DNA from: an uncultured Acidobacteriota bacterium
GTDB taxonomy: Bacteria; Acidobacteriota; UBA6911
Length of the DNA stretch: 64,000 nucleotides
Direction: 5' to 3'
Assembly (NCBI GenBank): GCA_963809485.1
Contig: CAWEJX010000021.1
Location: 50,894-114,893, forward strand
Shown one piece after another: positions 27,023 through 36,552 of the stretch. Numbering within the stretch: position 1 is the first letter of the stretch; every line of letters begins with the position of its first letter. Made by a program: the position numbers and the translations under genes. A model generated the notes under the pieces. It was not told the origin of the DNA. It searched no databases and worked only from the letters and a program-made list of their open reading frames with translations.

Positions 27023-27733
27023 CTATTTTGCCGGAGGAGGCATTTTGCTTTGGATCCTTGGCTTCCCTTTCTCAGAGGATCCGTCCGATTCGATAAAGAT
27101 ATATTTGTCCCGCATATTTTCAGGCACCAGATTCCTGAAAGGCGTTTCAACAGACTTCGGTGAGTACTGGGTGTCGATAAATAGGAACGGCCGGGTCACT
27201 TTCGTCACCCGGAACGGGCAGTGGATGAAATTGCCGGGTATGTATATCAGCGCGGGCTTGTTCACCACGTGCTTCTCCATCTCCGGACCCATATAAACTT
27301 CGAACTCCGCACCTAATTCATGCGGATGATCCGGGTCCGTGCCCAGCGCTACAACCACTTCGGGATCTCGATGTTTATGCGGACCATGGCCGGCAATTTT
27401 CGTGGCCGATTCTCCCATCAACATCGCGGAGAAGAAATGGCTTCCCTCGATAATGTCGTCATCGCAAAAAACCAGAAACCTGTTTTTTAGTGCGCCGTAT
27501 CCGATCTCCAGTTCTTCCGGTTTCAACTCCGACGTGAAATATTTTCGGTACTTCAATTCTCCCGGCGCCGAGGCCTGAACCCGCGGATTGGGCGCGGCAA
27601 TCAGCCCGCCGCCAGACTGTGTCATCGCCGAGTGGATCGCGCCGGCAGCGATAGCTCCTGCAGCTCCTGCGGCGATTTCCTTTACGAATCCTCTACGCGT
27701 AGTATTTTGGGGATCGATCCTGATCAGACTCAT
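27023..27733 (-). CDS. Tat-signal protein, cupin-like C-terminal half
   Basis: TRRGFVKEIAAGAAGAIAAGA looks like a twin-arginine leader. The His-rich segment GHGPHKHRDPE...HPHE follows. Confidence 0.6.
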   Translation of the reverse strand: MSLIRIDPQNTTRRGFVKEIAAGAAGAIAAGAIHSAMTQSGGGLIAAPNPRVQASAPGELKYRKYFTSELKPEELEIGYGALKNRFLVFCDDDIIEGSHFFSAMLMGESATKIAGHGPHKHRDPEVVVALGTDPDHPHELGAEFEVYMGPEMEKHVVNKPALIYIPGNFIHCPFRVTKVTRPFLFIDTQYSPKSVETPFRNLVPENMRDKYIFIESDGSSEKGKPRIQSKMPPPAK

Positions 27734-27851
27734 GTCGGTTTCTCCCTGAATGCTTCCCGGATTTGCGGTCCGGAAGGCTAGGAAGTTGAAGCTGCCATTT
27801 TGGCCAAAACTTCCCAGCCTTTTGTGAAATCAGCCGGATCCGCGGTTGCTT

Positions 27852-29168
27852 CTAATAGACCCCGTATTCCATTACGGCTTCGGTCATGGCGCGCAGATTG
27901 TCCGGATTGCCCTTATCGATGCTGGCGCCTCCCGTCAGAATGAAACCGCCCCCTTCCCCGCAGACCTCGATCAGCCTGCGGCAATATTCTTTCACTTCCT
28001 TGGGAGTGCCCGTGATCATCAGAGAGGCGGGAATATTTCCGGAAAGACATGCCGTGTCGCCCAGAATTTTTTTCGCCCGGAACATATCCGTGCGGTCGAA
28101 ATACCATATGACTTTGCCCCGCGGCAGGTCTTTGATGATTTCGAGCCGGTTGTTGTAAGCTCCTTCTGCGAACAGCAGCGGCACGGCACCTTCTTCAATC
28201 AGCCCCAGAATCACCTCTCTGAATGTGGGCCAGTAGAACTTCTCATATTGTTTGCTGGACATGAACGTGTCGTCCCCTTTGTGAAGCGCAAAGAAGACGA
28301 TCGGCACGCCAGACATTTTGATCCCGTCCAGGCCGACGTCGATGTTCATTTTGACGATTTTATCCATCGCCTGCAGCACCTTCTCCGGCTGGCGATAAAT
28401 ATCCAGAAGGATGCCCTTCGTCCCGCGGAGGGTGTCCGCCAATATGTCAAAGGGGGCATGAGATTGGCCTCCGAAAAAGCTCGGATACCCCGCGGCCCTC
28501 ACCTCCTGGCCGAACTTCATGGCCGGTCCCATGGACTTTTCCGTCTCGAGCCCGTAATCAATGATGGCCTGATAGGCCGCCCGGACGTGGGGCATAACAG
28601 CCGGTCCCACGAAACGGTTCGCCATCCCGAGCATGTAAGGAATCGGCTGGAATTCCGCGAAAGGCGCCAGGGCCCCGATGCTTCGCGGCAGGTAGCGCCG
28701 GAAACACCAGTCGCTGAGATCGTCCAGAAACATATCGTACTCATCCTCTTTCATGTATTCGCCTTCCACGAACTGCGGCATCGAGGCATCGTCAGGCAGT
28801 CCGTGGCCCGGCCACTTCATGTTCAGCGGATTGAGTATCTCGGAAGCTCTTGCCGAACCGGCCATTCCGCCGCTGAACACATCGGATTCAAACTCATTGA
28901 AAAACCTCCGGTAAGCCTGGACGGCACGCTCAGGGTCGTGCATGGCTTCTTTTAATGTCATCCCGGAATAGTACAGCGGAAAAGTTCCTGCCGGCAGAAT
29001 GTAGGGCACTCGGTCGGGCTTTTCGAGTTTAATGACCTTGATAAATCTTCCGACCCTTGTCTGATAATCCTGTTTTGCCTTATCGTCTTTGAACGTCACA
29101 TTTTGGGGATTCAGCCATTGCTCGAATCTTTTTTCACGTTTTTGTTCCGGAGTCATTTTCTGTTCCAT
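27852..29168 (-). CDS. uroporphyrinogen decarboxylase (URO-D) family protein, MtaA/CmuA-like
   Basis: ORF 27852..29303. The start MEQKMTPEQ at 29168 has a GGGAG RBS. The overall URO-D-family pattern is a call from memory. Confidence 0.7.
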   Translation of the reverse strand: MEQKMTPEQKREKRFEQWLNPQNVTFKDDKAKQDYQTRVGRFIKVIKLEKPDRVPYILPAGTFPLYYSGMTLKEAMHDPERAVQAYRRFFNEFESDVFSGGMAGSARASEILNPLNMKWPGHGLPDDASMPQFVEGEYMKEDEYDMFLDDLSDWCFRRYLPRSIGALAPFAEFQPIPYMLGMANRFVGPAVMPHVRAAYQAIIDYGLETEKSMGPAMKFGQEVRAAGYPSFFGGQSHAPFDILADTLRGTKGILLDIYRQPEKVLQAMDKIVKMNIDVGLDGIKMSGVPIVFFALHKGDDTFMSSKQYEKFYWPTFREVILGLIEEGAVPLLFAEGAYNNRLEIIKDLPRGKVIWYFDRTDMFRAKKILGDTACLSGNIPASLMITGTPKEVKEYCRRLIEVCGEGGGFILTGGASIDKGNPDNLRAMTEAVMEYGVY

Positions 29169-29342
29169 TTTCACGCTCCCGTGTGGTCGGTTCGTAATAA
29201 GATAGCTTTGCCGATTGATGTGCGTGATTATACAGGCAATTCCTGCAATAAAGTAGAACTGTTCCCGGAGCCCTAAATGGGATTTTCGATTATGGCAAAC
29301 CAAAGGGAAACGGTGCCAGGCACTCCGTTCCCTCGGCAGGGT

Positions 29343-29906
29343 TCAAAGGCCTGCAGCTTTTGCCAGAACCATCGAGTGTTCTCTCCAAATACTGGGCGTG
29401 GCGGCCGTTTTGAAACCCATGGCCGAAGCCAGCGAAATTGTTCGTGAAAATTCCTGCCGGGTAACGTGCCCCCTGGGTTCTGAAATGAGCAGGCATCCAT
29501 TCTGTTTCAGTAACCTGTGGATTTCCTGCAGAATCCGCTCCTGATCCGGAACTTCGTGGACGACCGCGAATGCCAGCACAAAGTCGGCGGAGCCTGACAT
29601 ATCCTCCATATTCAGGGAATCCTTTTGCGCGCGCCTCGTTACGATCCTATCGAGCACGCCGGCCTTTTGCGCTCGTTTTATTAAGGAAGCCAGCATCTTC
29701 TCCTGCAGGTCGACGCAGACAACTTTGCCTTTGTTGCCGACCAGGACCGCCATGGGAAGGCTGAAATATCCCATACCGCTGCCGATATCGGCGACGGTCA
29801 TCCCGTAAGCGACATAGGAACGCAATATTTCCCCGGGATCGTGTATCAGCTTTCGTATAGGGTTCGCCAGCAAATATCCGAGCCACCAGGGACAGACTCT
29901 ACTCAT
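29343..29906 (-). CDS. class I SAM-dependent methyltransferase
   Basis: ORF 29343..30176. The plausible start is MSRVCPWWLGY at 29906, since upstream is repeat sequence. SAM motif VADIGSGMGY. Confidence 0.75.
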   Translation of the reverse strand: MSRVCPWWLGYLLANPIRKLIHDPGEILRSYVAYGMTVADIGSGMGYFSLPMAVLVGNKGKVVCVDLQEKMLASLIKRAQKAGVLDRIVTRRAQKDSLNMEDMSGSADFVLAFAVVHEVPDQERILQEIHRLLKQNGCLLISEPRGHVTRQEFSRTISLASAMGFKTAATPSIWREHSMVLAKAAGL

Positions 29907-29957
29907 AATTTCGCTCCAGCAAACACCCGCAGTATCGCGGGAATATGGAGTCAGGTA

Positions 29958-30350
29958 CCTCCGGCAAAGCCGGAGACTTGAAAGATTGGAACCGCTCAAA
30001 GCGGTTGGACTAGTTACGCCGGTCTTGAACGCTGACTTACGCGGGCAAAAGCCGATGAGGCGCCTCCGATCCCCGCAGGGGCCAGCGCTCCGCGCTGGAC
30101 AGTTTTCTGCGGCGGCACTGTGGCAAGCGCCGTGCGGCAAGGAGATGAAGGGTATGAGAAACCGGGCGTTTGCCACAGTGCCGCCGCAGAAAACTCCATC
30201 GGAAGCGCCTCATCGGCTTTTGCTCGCCGACCTTCGCCGAACAAATCGGCATTTGTCAGCGCTTTTATCAGCGTTTCTCAGCGTTTCAAAATACGGAGCT
30301 GTCAAACCCTTTGAGTCCCCCGGCAGAGCCGGAGGTTTACCAATGTAATT
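29958..30350 (+). repeat. ~200-bp repeat family, copy B (long form with ~175-bp nested palindromic insert)
   Basis: Same ends as copy A. The insert at 30046..30230 has 25-bp outer and 31-bp inner inverted arms. The copy ends in gtttaccaatgtaattattggtaaac. Confidence 0.85.
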
Positions 30351-30372
30351 ATTGGTAAACGGAATAAAGGGC

Positions 30373-31173
30373 TTATTTCAAAGCTGTTGCCTGAAAAAAG
30401 GTATAGCAGAATGTGCCGTCTTCGAGTGTAGATCTGTTCAAGTCCGCGATGCCTTTGTTCCACGATGTTTCGTCGATGAGGCCGGCGGAGAGAGCCTCTT
30501 CTTTTACCCCTTCGACCATGGCAATGAATGTTCTTCTGGTAAATCCCTCAACCAGATCCGGACGGCTCGCGTCGACATAAACCATCCGGGGCGCAACGTG
30601 TACCTCCCTGAATCCCGATCCAGCCAGCAACGGGTACAGCCGGCGCCCGATCAGGGAGTCGCCATGCTTGCGGGCCTGCAACTCGATCAGACACCGGACC
30701 GCCCGGTCGGCAGCATTGCTTCTGGGATGGCAGTAGTAGGATCCATGGTCCCCTTCTATGACATTGATCGAACCGCCATCCGCCAATACACCTCTCAGCA
30801 CGGACAGAGCCATTTCCGGTTTGCGCAAATGCTCCAGCAGGAAGCACACGAACAGGTGGTCGTATGCCCCGGCTTCATAGGGGAGATTGTAGACATCCGC
30901 TATTTCGAATCGCGCGTTCGACAATCCCGCCTGATCCAGCCTCTCGCGGGCCTTCATGATGGATTCGCCCGATGCATCAAAAGATGTGAAAAGGGAATCG
31001 GGATTATTCCGGGCCAGATGCATCGTTTGTGCGCCGACTCCGCAGCCGGCCTCGAGCACCCGGCTTCCTTTGGGAAACCTCACGCTTGCATGCAGGAGTT
31101 CCGCCAGCATATCTGCCTGATCCGTCAACCTGCCAGCTTCAATCTCAGAATATCCATGAACGTATCTCCCCAT
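30373..31173 (-). CDS. SAM-dependent methyltransferase (Methyltransf_11-like)
   Basis: 266 aa with motif VLEAGCGVGAQT. Confidence 0.8.
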   Translation of the reverse strand: MGRYVHGYSEIEAGRLTDQADMLAELLHASVRFPKGSRVLEAGCGVGAQTMHLARNNPDSLFTSFDASGESIMKARERLDQAGLSNARFEIADVYNLPYEAGAYDHLFVCFLLEHLRKPEMALSVLRGVLADGGSINVIEGDHGSYYCHPRSNAADRAVRCLIELQARKHGDSLIGRRLYPLLAGSGFREVHVAPRMVYVDASRPDLVEGFTRRTFIAMVEGVKEEALSAGLIDETSWNKGIADLNRSTLEDGTFCYTFFQATALK

Positions 31174-31463
31174 CGCATCCGTCTCCTTTTATGCAGGACA
31201 TTGTAACAGGATCATCAGGAAGCCTCTCGAAAACCTAAGACACCGGGATAAGCATTGTGCGCAAAACGGCCCAATGATAATATCCTGATTATGCATAAAT
31301 ATACATAGCTGCTAAATATTATGCATTATCCATTATGATGCGACGTTATGAAAGCGAATACTGCAGCATTCAAAACCACACAAGATTCCCTGCGCACTGC
31401 ACAGGATGGTTTTCGTAGCTTTGCGCCCCTATTGTTATGACTTCTGGCCAGGGAGGAATTGAT

Positions 31464-32189
31464 ATGACCGTTTATGGCAAAGATTTCGCTGCGCTGTATA
31501 ACGATAAATTTAGATTCTGGGGACCTAAGATGTGGCCCTTTCTTTCCCAGGCAGTGGCGAAACACAATCCGGAAGCGAAAACATGGTTAGACCTATGCTG
31601 TGGGACCGGCTCGCTCTTAAGTCTGGTCTGCGATGCCGGGTTCGATACGGTTGGAGTGGACCGTTCCTCATGCCAATTGAAGTATGCAAAGCAAAATGCC
31701 CCTCGAGCGAGACTGGTTCTTGCCGACATCCGCGAATTATCTCTTGGCGGAAAAGTCGATGTTGTCACCTGCATGTTCGACAGTCTGAATTACTTAACAA
31801 GCTCAAAGGATTTGAAAAGGGTATTCCGTTCCATTTATCGTCATTTGAACAGCCACGGGCTTTTTATGTTTGATATGAACACCTTCGAGGGATTGCAGGA
31901 TACCTGGTGCGGGACTTCCGCGATTCGCGAAACGAACCGGTTAACCCTTGTTGAGACTTCTTTTGACGCTAAGAAGGCATTAGGCAGGTGTTTGCTCACC
32001 GGGTTTATTCAGCAAGGGCGAGTATTTCGCCGGTTTGTAGAAACGCATATCGAGCGTGGATATCATGCCGCTGAGATTGAGGCTTTGCTGGAGCAATCGG
32101 GATTTGAATTTAACAAGTTCGATGGTAATTATTTAACCCGGCCGAAAATCAGGTCATCCCGGCTTCTATACCTCTGCACTGTTGTATAG
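31464..32189 (+). CDS. class I SAM-dependent methyltransferase
   Basis: ORF 31437..32189. ATG 31464 has a GGGAGG RBS. Motif WLDLCCGTGS. Confidence 0.8.
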   Translation: MTVYGKDFAALYNDKFRFWGPKMWPFLSQAVAKHNPEAKTWLDLCCGTGSLLSLVCDAGFDTVGVDRSSCQLKYAKQNAPRARLVLADIRELSLGGKVDVVTCMFDSLNYLTSSKDLKRVFRSIYRHLNSHGLFMFDMNTFEGLQDTWCGTSAIRETNRLTLVETSFDAKKALGRCLLTGFIQQGRVFRRFVETHIERGYHAAEIEALLEQSGFEFNKFDGNYLTRPKIRSSRLLYLCTVV

Positions 32190-32479
32190 GGGGCATCGGG
32201 AGTCTTTACGGCAACCTTTCCCGCGGAGTCAAAATCGTATATATTGGCCTTCCCGCTAACCAAAAATTCTTCCTCGACATAACCAAGCCTGGAAAGATCC
32301 TGAGGCACGATTGTCCTGGCAACTGCGCAAAAAGGGTAAGATTTTTCGGTAACTGTTAGAGGACCGGCAACCGAGGGTATCGATGCCGCGCCATAGATAG
32401 ACGTGGGACAGATGAAAAAAGAGAAGACAAGGACAAAGAAGAACCTTTTCCCGGCTGAACTGAGGGATCGGATTGACAT
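32129..32479 (-). pseudogene. N-terminal fragment of a secreted alpha/beta-hydrolase-domain-like protein
   Basis: MSIRSLSSAGKRFFFVLVFSFFI signal, then ...LGYVEEEFLVSGKANIYD, which I recall from the N terminus of ~480-aa proteins. The ORF ends after ~116 aa and overlaps the convergent methyltransferase. Confidence 0.35.
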
Positions 32480-32636
32480 ATTGACTCCATCTTTTTGTAT
32501 TGAATTTGTTTGCCGGAATCTTACCACAAAAAGTAACCTGGGATCCTGAATGCGTCGGTAACCCCCCTGCGGTTTCCCGGTGTTACCTGTGTGGCATAAT
32601 ATGTGGCGAGCCTGTATTCTAACTGTTTTGAAAACC

Positions 32637-34673
32637 ATGACGAGGTGCTGCATGTATCTTCTGCGACTGATTTCAATAGCGGCGCTCCTTCCGCTGGCGG
32701 CATGCGCCCAAACCGCGTCCCAGACCGGCATCCAGTCGGCAGACATCAACCGAAGCGTCAGTCCGTGTGTCGACTTCTATGATTATGCGAACGGGGCCTG
32801 GCGCGAGCAAAATCCCATTCCGGCCTCCATGGACCGGTGGAGCCGCCGCTGGCAGGCCGGGGAGAACAACAAGGAACAGCTCAGAACCATTCTCGAGGAG
32901 GTATCGCAAAAAACCGGCTGGCCCGCAGGCAGCATCGAGCAGCTGATCGGAGACCATTACGCCTCGTGCATGAGCGAAACTCGCATCAATGAATTGGGCA
33001 TCAAGCCTCTCGAGCCGATGCTGCGCCGGATTGACGCAATCCGGAGCTTTGCCGATGTGCAGCGCGTCATCGGCGAGCTGCATGCGATGGGCGTGTTCGT
33101 CCCCTTCGGGCTGTTCGGCCAGTCCGATAATCACAATCCCGGCGAGGTGATCGCCTATGTGTCCGCAGGCGGGCTCGGGTTGCCGGACCGTGACTACTAT
33201 CTGAAACCGGAGCCGCGTTTTCGGGAGGCACGGGAGCGCTATGTCCACCACGTCGGCCGCATGTTCATGCTGGCAGGATCCGCGGCAGCGCAGGCAAAAG
33301 CAGCCGCGGACACCGTGTTCGCGGTCGAGAAAGGCCTCGCTCAGGCGTCTCTCGACAACGTTGCCCTGCGCGATCCCCAGGCCACCGACCACAAAACCAG
33401 CTTCGACAGCCTGAGGAAAATGACGCCGGCGTTCGATTGGGACGCCTACTTCTCCGGAGCGCAGCTTCCCAAGGCGGACCTCAACGTGGATCAGCCCAAA
33501 TTCATGGCCGAACTCCAGCGTCAGTTCGCGAAAACACCTCCGGCCCATTGGAAGGTATATCTGAAATGGCATCTGCTGGCTGCGGCCGCGCCCTGGCTTT
33601 CGCAGCCGTTCGTCGACGAGTCGTTCGATTTCAACGACAGGTATCTGAAGGGCCTCCAGGAGAAAAAACCGAGGTGGAAACGGTGCGTCGAGAACACCGA
33701 CGAACTGCTCGGCGAGGCGCTCGGCCCGAAGTACGTCGAACGCTATTTCCCGCCGGCGGCGAAAGCCCGGGCCCAGGAAATGGCGCAAAACCTTCTGGCG
33801 GCGATGAAAGACACCATCAACGGGCTCGCATGGATGAGCCCGGCCACCAAACAGAAAGCTCTGGAGAAGCTGGCTACGTTCAATCCCAAGATCGGCTATC
33901 CCGACAAATGGAAGGATTACGGCAAGGTCAGGATCACGCGCGCGTCGTTTTGGGATAACTTCATTGAAGGCAACCGGTTTAATATCGAGGACAACCATTC
34001 GCAGATCGGCAAGCCGGTTGACCGCGGCCGCTGGGACATGACGCCGCCCACCTCGAATGCATACTACAATCCGCTGTTGAATGAGATCGTGTTTCCCGCG
34101 GGAATACTTCAGCCGCCGGCCTTCGACATCAATGCGGCCGACGCGGTGAATTACGGCGCCATCGGCGTGGTGATCGGCCACGAGATCAGCCACGGTTTCG
34201 ACGATCAGGGCGCCCAATACGACGCCCAGGGGCGCCTGGAGAACTGGTGGACCGCCGAAGACCTGAAAAATTTCCGGGCGCGCGGCGAGTGCGTGGCGGA
34301 CCAGTTCGAAAATTATTACATTGAGCCCGGCATCCATCACAACGGCAAGCTGGTGCTGGGCGAAGCCATCGGCGATCTGGCCGGCGTTAAAATTGCGTCC
34401 CTGGCATTTCAGAAAGCCCGTCAAAAGAGTCCGGCGCCCGACCTTGACGGCTTCAACCCGATGCAGCAGTTCTACATCGCCTGGGGACAGTTCCGCGGCG
34501 ACGCGACCCGTCCCGAGACCCAGAGGTTGATGGTGCAGGGCGATCCCCACCCGGTGGCCAAGTACCGGGTTATTGGGCCCGTTTCGAATCTGCCGCAATT
34601 CCAGGAAGCATTTCAGTGCAGGGACGTCGCTCCCATGGTGCGCCCTCCTGCAAAGCGCTGCGAAGTGTGGTGA
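32637..34673 (+). CDS. M13 family metallopeptidase (neprilysin/PepO-like) lipoprotein
   Basis: Lipobox-like LLPLAACAQ, zinc motif HEISHGFDD, and a downstream GEAIGDLAG motif. Confidence 0.9.
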   Translation: MTRCCMYLLRLISIAALLPLAACAQTASQTGIQSADINRSVSPCVDFYDYANGAWREQNPIPASMDRWSRRWQAGENNKEQLRTILEEVSQKTGWPAGSIEQLIGDHYASCMSETRINELGIKPLEPMLRRIDAIRSFADVQRVIGELHAMGVFVPFGLFGQSDNHNPGEVIAYVSAGGLGLPDRDYYLKPEPRFREARERYVHHVGRMFMLAGSAAAQAKAAADTVFAVEKGLAQASLDNVALRDPQATDHKTSFDSLRKMTPAFDWDAYFSGAQLPKADLNVDQPKFMAELQRQFAKTPPAHWKVYLKWHLLAAAAPWLSQPFVDESFDFNDRYLKGLQEKKPRWKRCVENTDELLGEALGPKYVERYFPPAAKARAQEMAQNLLAAMKDTINGLAWMSPATKQKALEKLATFNPKIGYPDKWKDYGKVRITRASFWDNFIEGNRFNIEDNHSQIGKPVDRGRWDMTPPTSNAYYNPLLNEIVFPAGILQPPAFDINAADAVNYGAIGVVIGHEISHGFDDQGAQYDAQGRLENWWTAEDLKNFRARGECVADQFENYYIEPGIHHNGKLVLGEAIGDLAGVKIASLAFQKARQKSPAPDLDGFNPMQQFYIAWGQFRGDATRPETQRLMVQGDPHPVAKYRVIGPVSNLPQFQEAFQCRDVAPMVRPPAKRCEVW

Positions 34674-34702
34674 AAAGCCTGGAAGCAAAGGGGAATCGAG
34701 AA

Positions 34703-35641
34703 ATGTCTTTACCCTCACTAACCGTGGTTCTGGTGACTCAGAATGCGCAGAATAGAATTCCGCGGGTGCTGGACGCCCTGGCCAAACAAACCGTTGCCGC
34801 CGAATTGGAAGTCTTCATTGTGTACATTGCTCCGGCACACCCGGCGCCTGTATCGCCCGACGGGCTTCGTGTCATCCCGGTCGATCAAAGCAACATCATC
34901 AATATGGGGCAGGCCCGCGCCGAGGCAGTACGACGCGCCAACGCCCTCTGGATTGCGTTCCTCGAGGACCACACCCTCCCAAGCCCCGGCTGGGCGCAAG
35001 CGGTTTGCGAAGCCTTCCGCGAAGATCCGGAAGCCGATGCCATCTCCTACTCTTTTACCAACGGCAGCCCGGATACATATTTCTACCGATCGGTCTTCAT
35101 GGCGGAGTATGGCGCCCTCGCCCATCCGTTGCGCGAAGGGATGGCGCCGGCCATGGCCGCAAATAATGTTGCCTACCGCCGCGATACGCTGCGGAAGATG
35201 AGCGATGATCTCGATTCCCTGCTCGAGATCGACTACTTTCTGCAAAAAGCACTGGGCAGCGGCTTCCGCACTGCGACCGCGCCGCGCGCGCTCCTCGCGC
35301 ACCAGACGAACAGGCATGCGGGAGATCTGCTGCGAGGCCATTTTATCTATGCGCAGCTTTTTGCGCTCCGGCGCCTGCAGTTTGAAAACTGGAGTCTTCC
35401 CAAAAGGCTCGCGGGTGCAGCCGCGGTGCCGGTCCTTGTGCCGCTGCTGAGAATCAAAAGGCTCTTTCAGGCAGTTTCCGGAGGGCCGAATGTCTCCCGC
35501 ACGATGGCAGGGCTGCCCGTAATCCTGCTCCTCTACTGTGCCGGCGCGCTTGGCGAGGCATGGGGTTTGCTGCATCGACAGGCGGATCCCGAAAAGCGGC
35601 TCATTTGGCTGGAACTGGCATCGGAGAGAATTTCGGGATGA
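34703..35641 (+). CDS. glycosyltransferase family 2
   Basis: LTVVLVTQNAQNRIPRVLDALAKQT is a GT2-type N terminus. The stop overlaps the next start (ATGA). Confidence 0.75.
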   Translation: MSLPSLTVVLVTQNAQNRIPRVLDALAKQTVAAELEVFIVYIAPAHPAPVSPDGLRVIPVDQSNIINMGQARAEAVRRANALWIAFLEDHTLPSPGWAQAVCEAFREDPEADAISYSFTNGSPDTYFYRSVFMAEYGALAHPLREGMAPAMAANNVAYRRDTLRKMSDDLDSLLEIDYFLQKALGSGFRTATAPRALLAHQTNRHAGDLLRGHFIYAQLFALRRLQFENWSLPKRLAGAAAVPVLVPLLRIKRLFQAVSGGPNVSRTMAGLPVILLLYCAGALGEAWGLLHRQADPEKRLIWLELASERISG

Positions 35642-36552
35642 TTGAGCCTCAGAGTCCTTTTGTATCAGTCATAATCCCGGGCTACTATTCCGCAGGTACG
35701 CTGGCCGAATGTCTGGACGCACTGCGCGGACAGATCTATCGCAGGTTTGAGGTTATCCTGATCAACTCTTCTCAGGAGACCGGCACGCAGGCCCTGGTTT
35801 GCGCACGCTATCCCGAGGTGCTTTTTGTGCAGCAGCCGCAGCGCCTGCTCCCGCATGCGGCGCGCAACCGCGGCGCGGCCCTTGCCCGCGGCGATCTGCT
35901 TGTGTTTACCGATCCGGATTGCAGCGCAGATCCGCATTGGCTCGAGCGCCTGGTTCTGGCCTTTTCCGAAAACCGGCAAGCGCTGGTTGGGGCAATGGAT
36001 ATTGCCCGCCCTGATCTTTGGGAGAAGGCCATTCACCTAGTGAAATTTCACTGGTTGTTGCCGAGTCTGGATGCCCGGGTCAAATCGTGCGCGCCGACAT
36101 CGAATGCCGCTTACGGCCGTCGGCTTTGGGAAAAAATAGGGCCCTTCCCAGGCGAATATTTTGCCGGCGACGGAATCCTGAGCTATCGCGCGGCGATGGC
36201 CGGCCATGCGCCGCGGTTCGTTCCTTCCGCCATCGTCCGGCACCGGCACCTAAATTCGGCAATGGAGCTGGCTCGACAGCGATTCTCGCGCGGCCGTGAT
36301 TTTGCCCGTGCCCAGCAGCGCGAAATGGCGCCGCCCGGATTATACGACTGGATGCGCCTGATTTTCAGCTGGGCTTCTCTCCCGATTTTGATGGCGCGCG
36401 CCGCAGGCGACGCCTGCCGCAGCGGATGGGCGCGGCCGTTTCTGTTGACGCTTCCCGTTCAGGTAATGGGCCACGGCATGTGGGCGCTGGGAGAAAGCTG
36501 CGGCGCTTTGGCAGCAGCATTCACACGAATTTTGTCATCCGGTGAAAAATGA
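35638..36552 (+). CDS. glycosyltransferase family 2
   Basis: FVSVIIPGYYSAGTLAECLDALRGQ... and LVFTDPDC motifs, with ATGA overlaps at both ends. Confidence 0.8.
   Translation: MIEPQSPFVSVIIPGYYSAGTLAECLDALRGQIYRRFEVILINSSQETGTQALVCARYPEVLFVQQPQRLLPHAARNRGAALARGDLLVFTDPDCSADPHWLERLVLAFSENRQALVGAMDIARPDLWEKAIHLVKFHWLLPSLDARVKSCAPTSNAAYGRRLWEKIGPFPGEYFAGDGILSYRAAMAGHAPRFVPSAIVRHRHLNSAMELARQRFSRGRDFARAQQREMAPPGLYDWMRLIFSWASLPILMARAAGDACRSGWARPFLLTLPVQVMGHGMWALGESCGALAAAFTRILSSGEK

Noticed and set aside
27846-28955. A long antisense ORF (369 aa) opposite the URO-D family gene. Similar cases are 3525..4982 opposite the transposase, 34718..35575 opposite GT2, 62742..63935 opposite the ABC ATPase, 46886..47683 opposite the selenoprotein candidate and 5388..6008 opposite the GH38 remnant.
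   Set aside because: In each case the opposite strand carries a recognisable protein with start and RBS, and the antisense translations are R/G/P/H-rich with no domain signatures.
29986-30348. ORFs across the 200-bp repeat family (also 13637..14005, 39142..39495, 44337..44540 and 57751..58203), which give recurring peptides such as KALTNADLFGEGRR and LKAVGLVTPVLNADL.
   Set aside because: The recurring peptide strings simply reflect the nucleotide repeat being read in several frames and on both strands. The ORF boundaries differ between copies.
31287-31326. ATTATGCAT repeated 30 bp apart in the divergent methyltransferase promoter region, and a 12-mer (attatccattat) shared with the padR promoter at 39682.
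   Set aside because: Matches of 9-12 nt in AT-rich intergenic DNA are expected by chance many times in a 64-kb window. This is not enough to call an operator.
32673-34718. A 681-aa ORF running antisense across the whole M13 peptidase gene.
   Set aside because: The sense strand has unmistakable peptidase motifs (HEISHGFDD). The antisense product is low-complexity and R/G/A/L/V-rich with no motifs. This is the shadow ORF expected opposite a GC3-rich gene.
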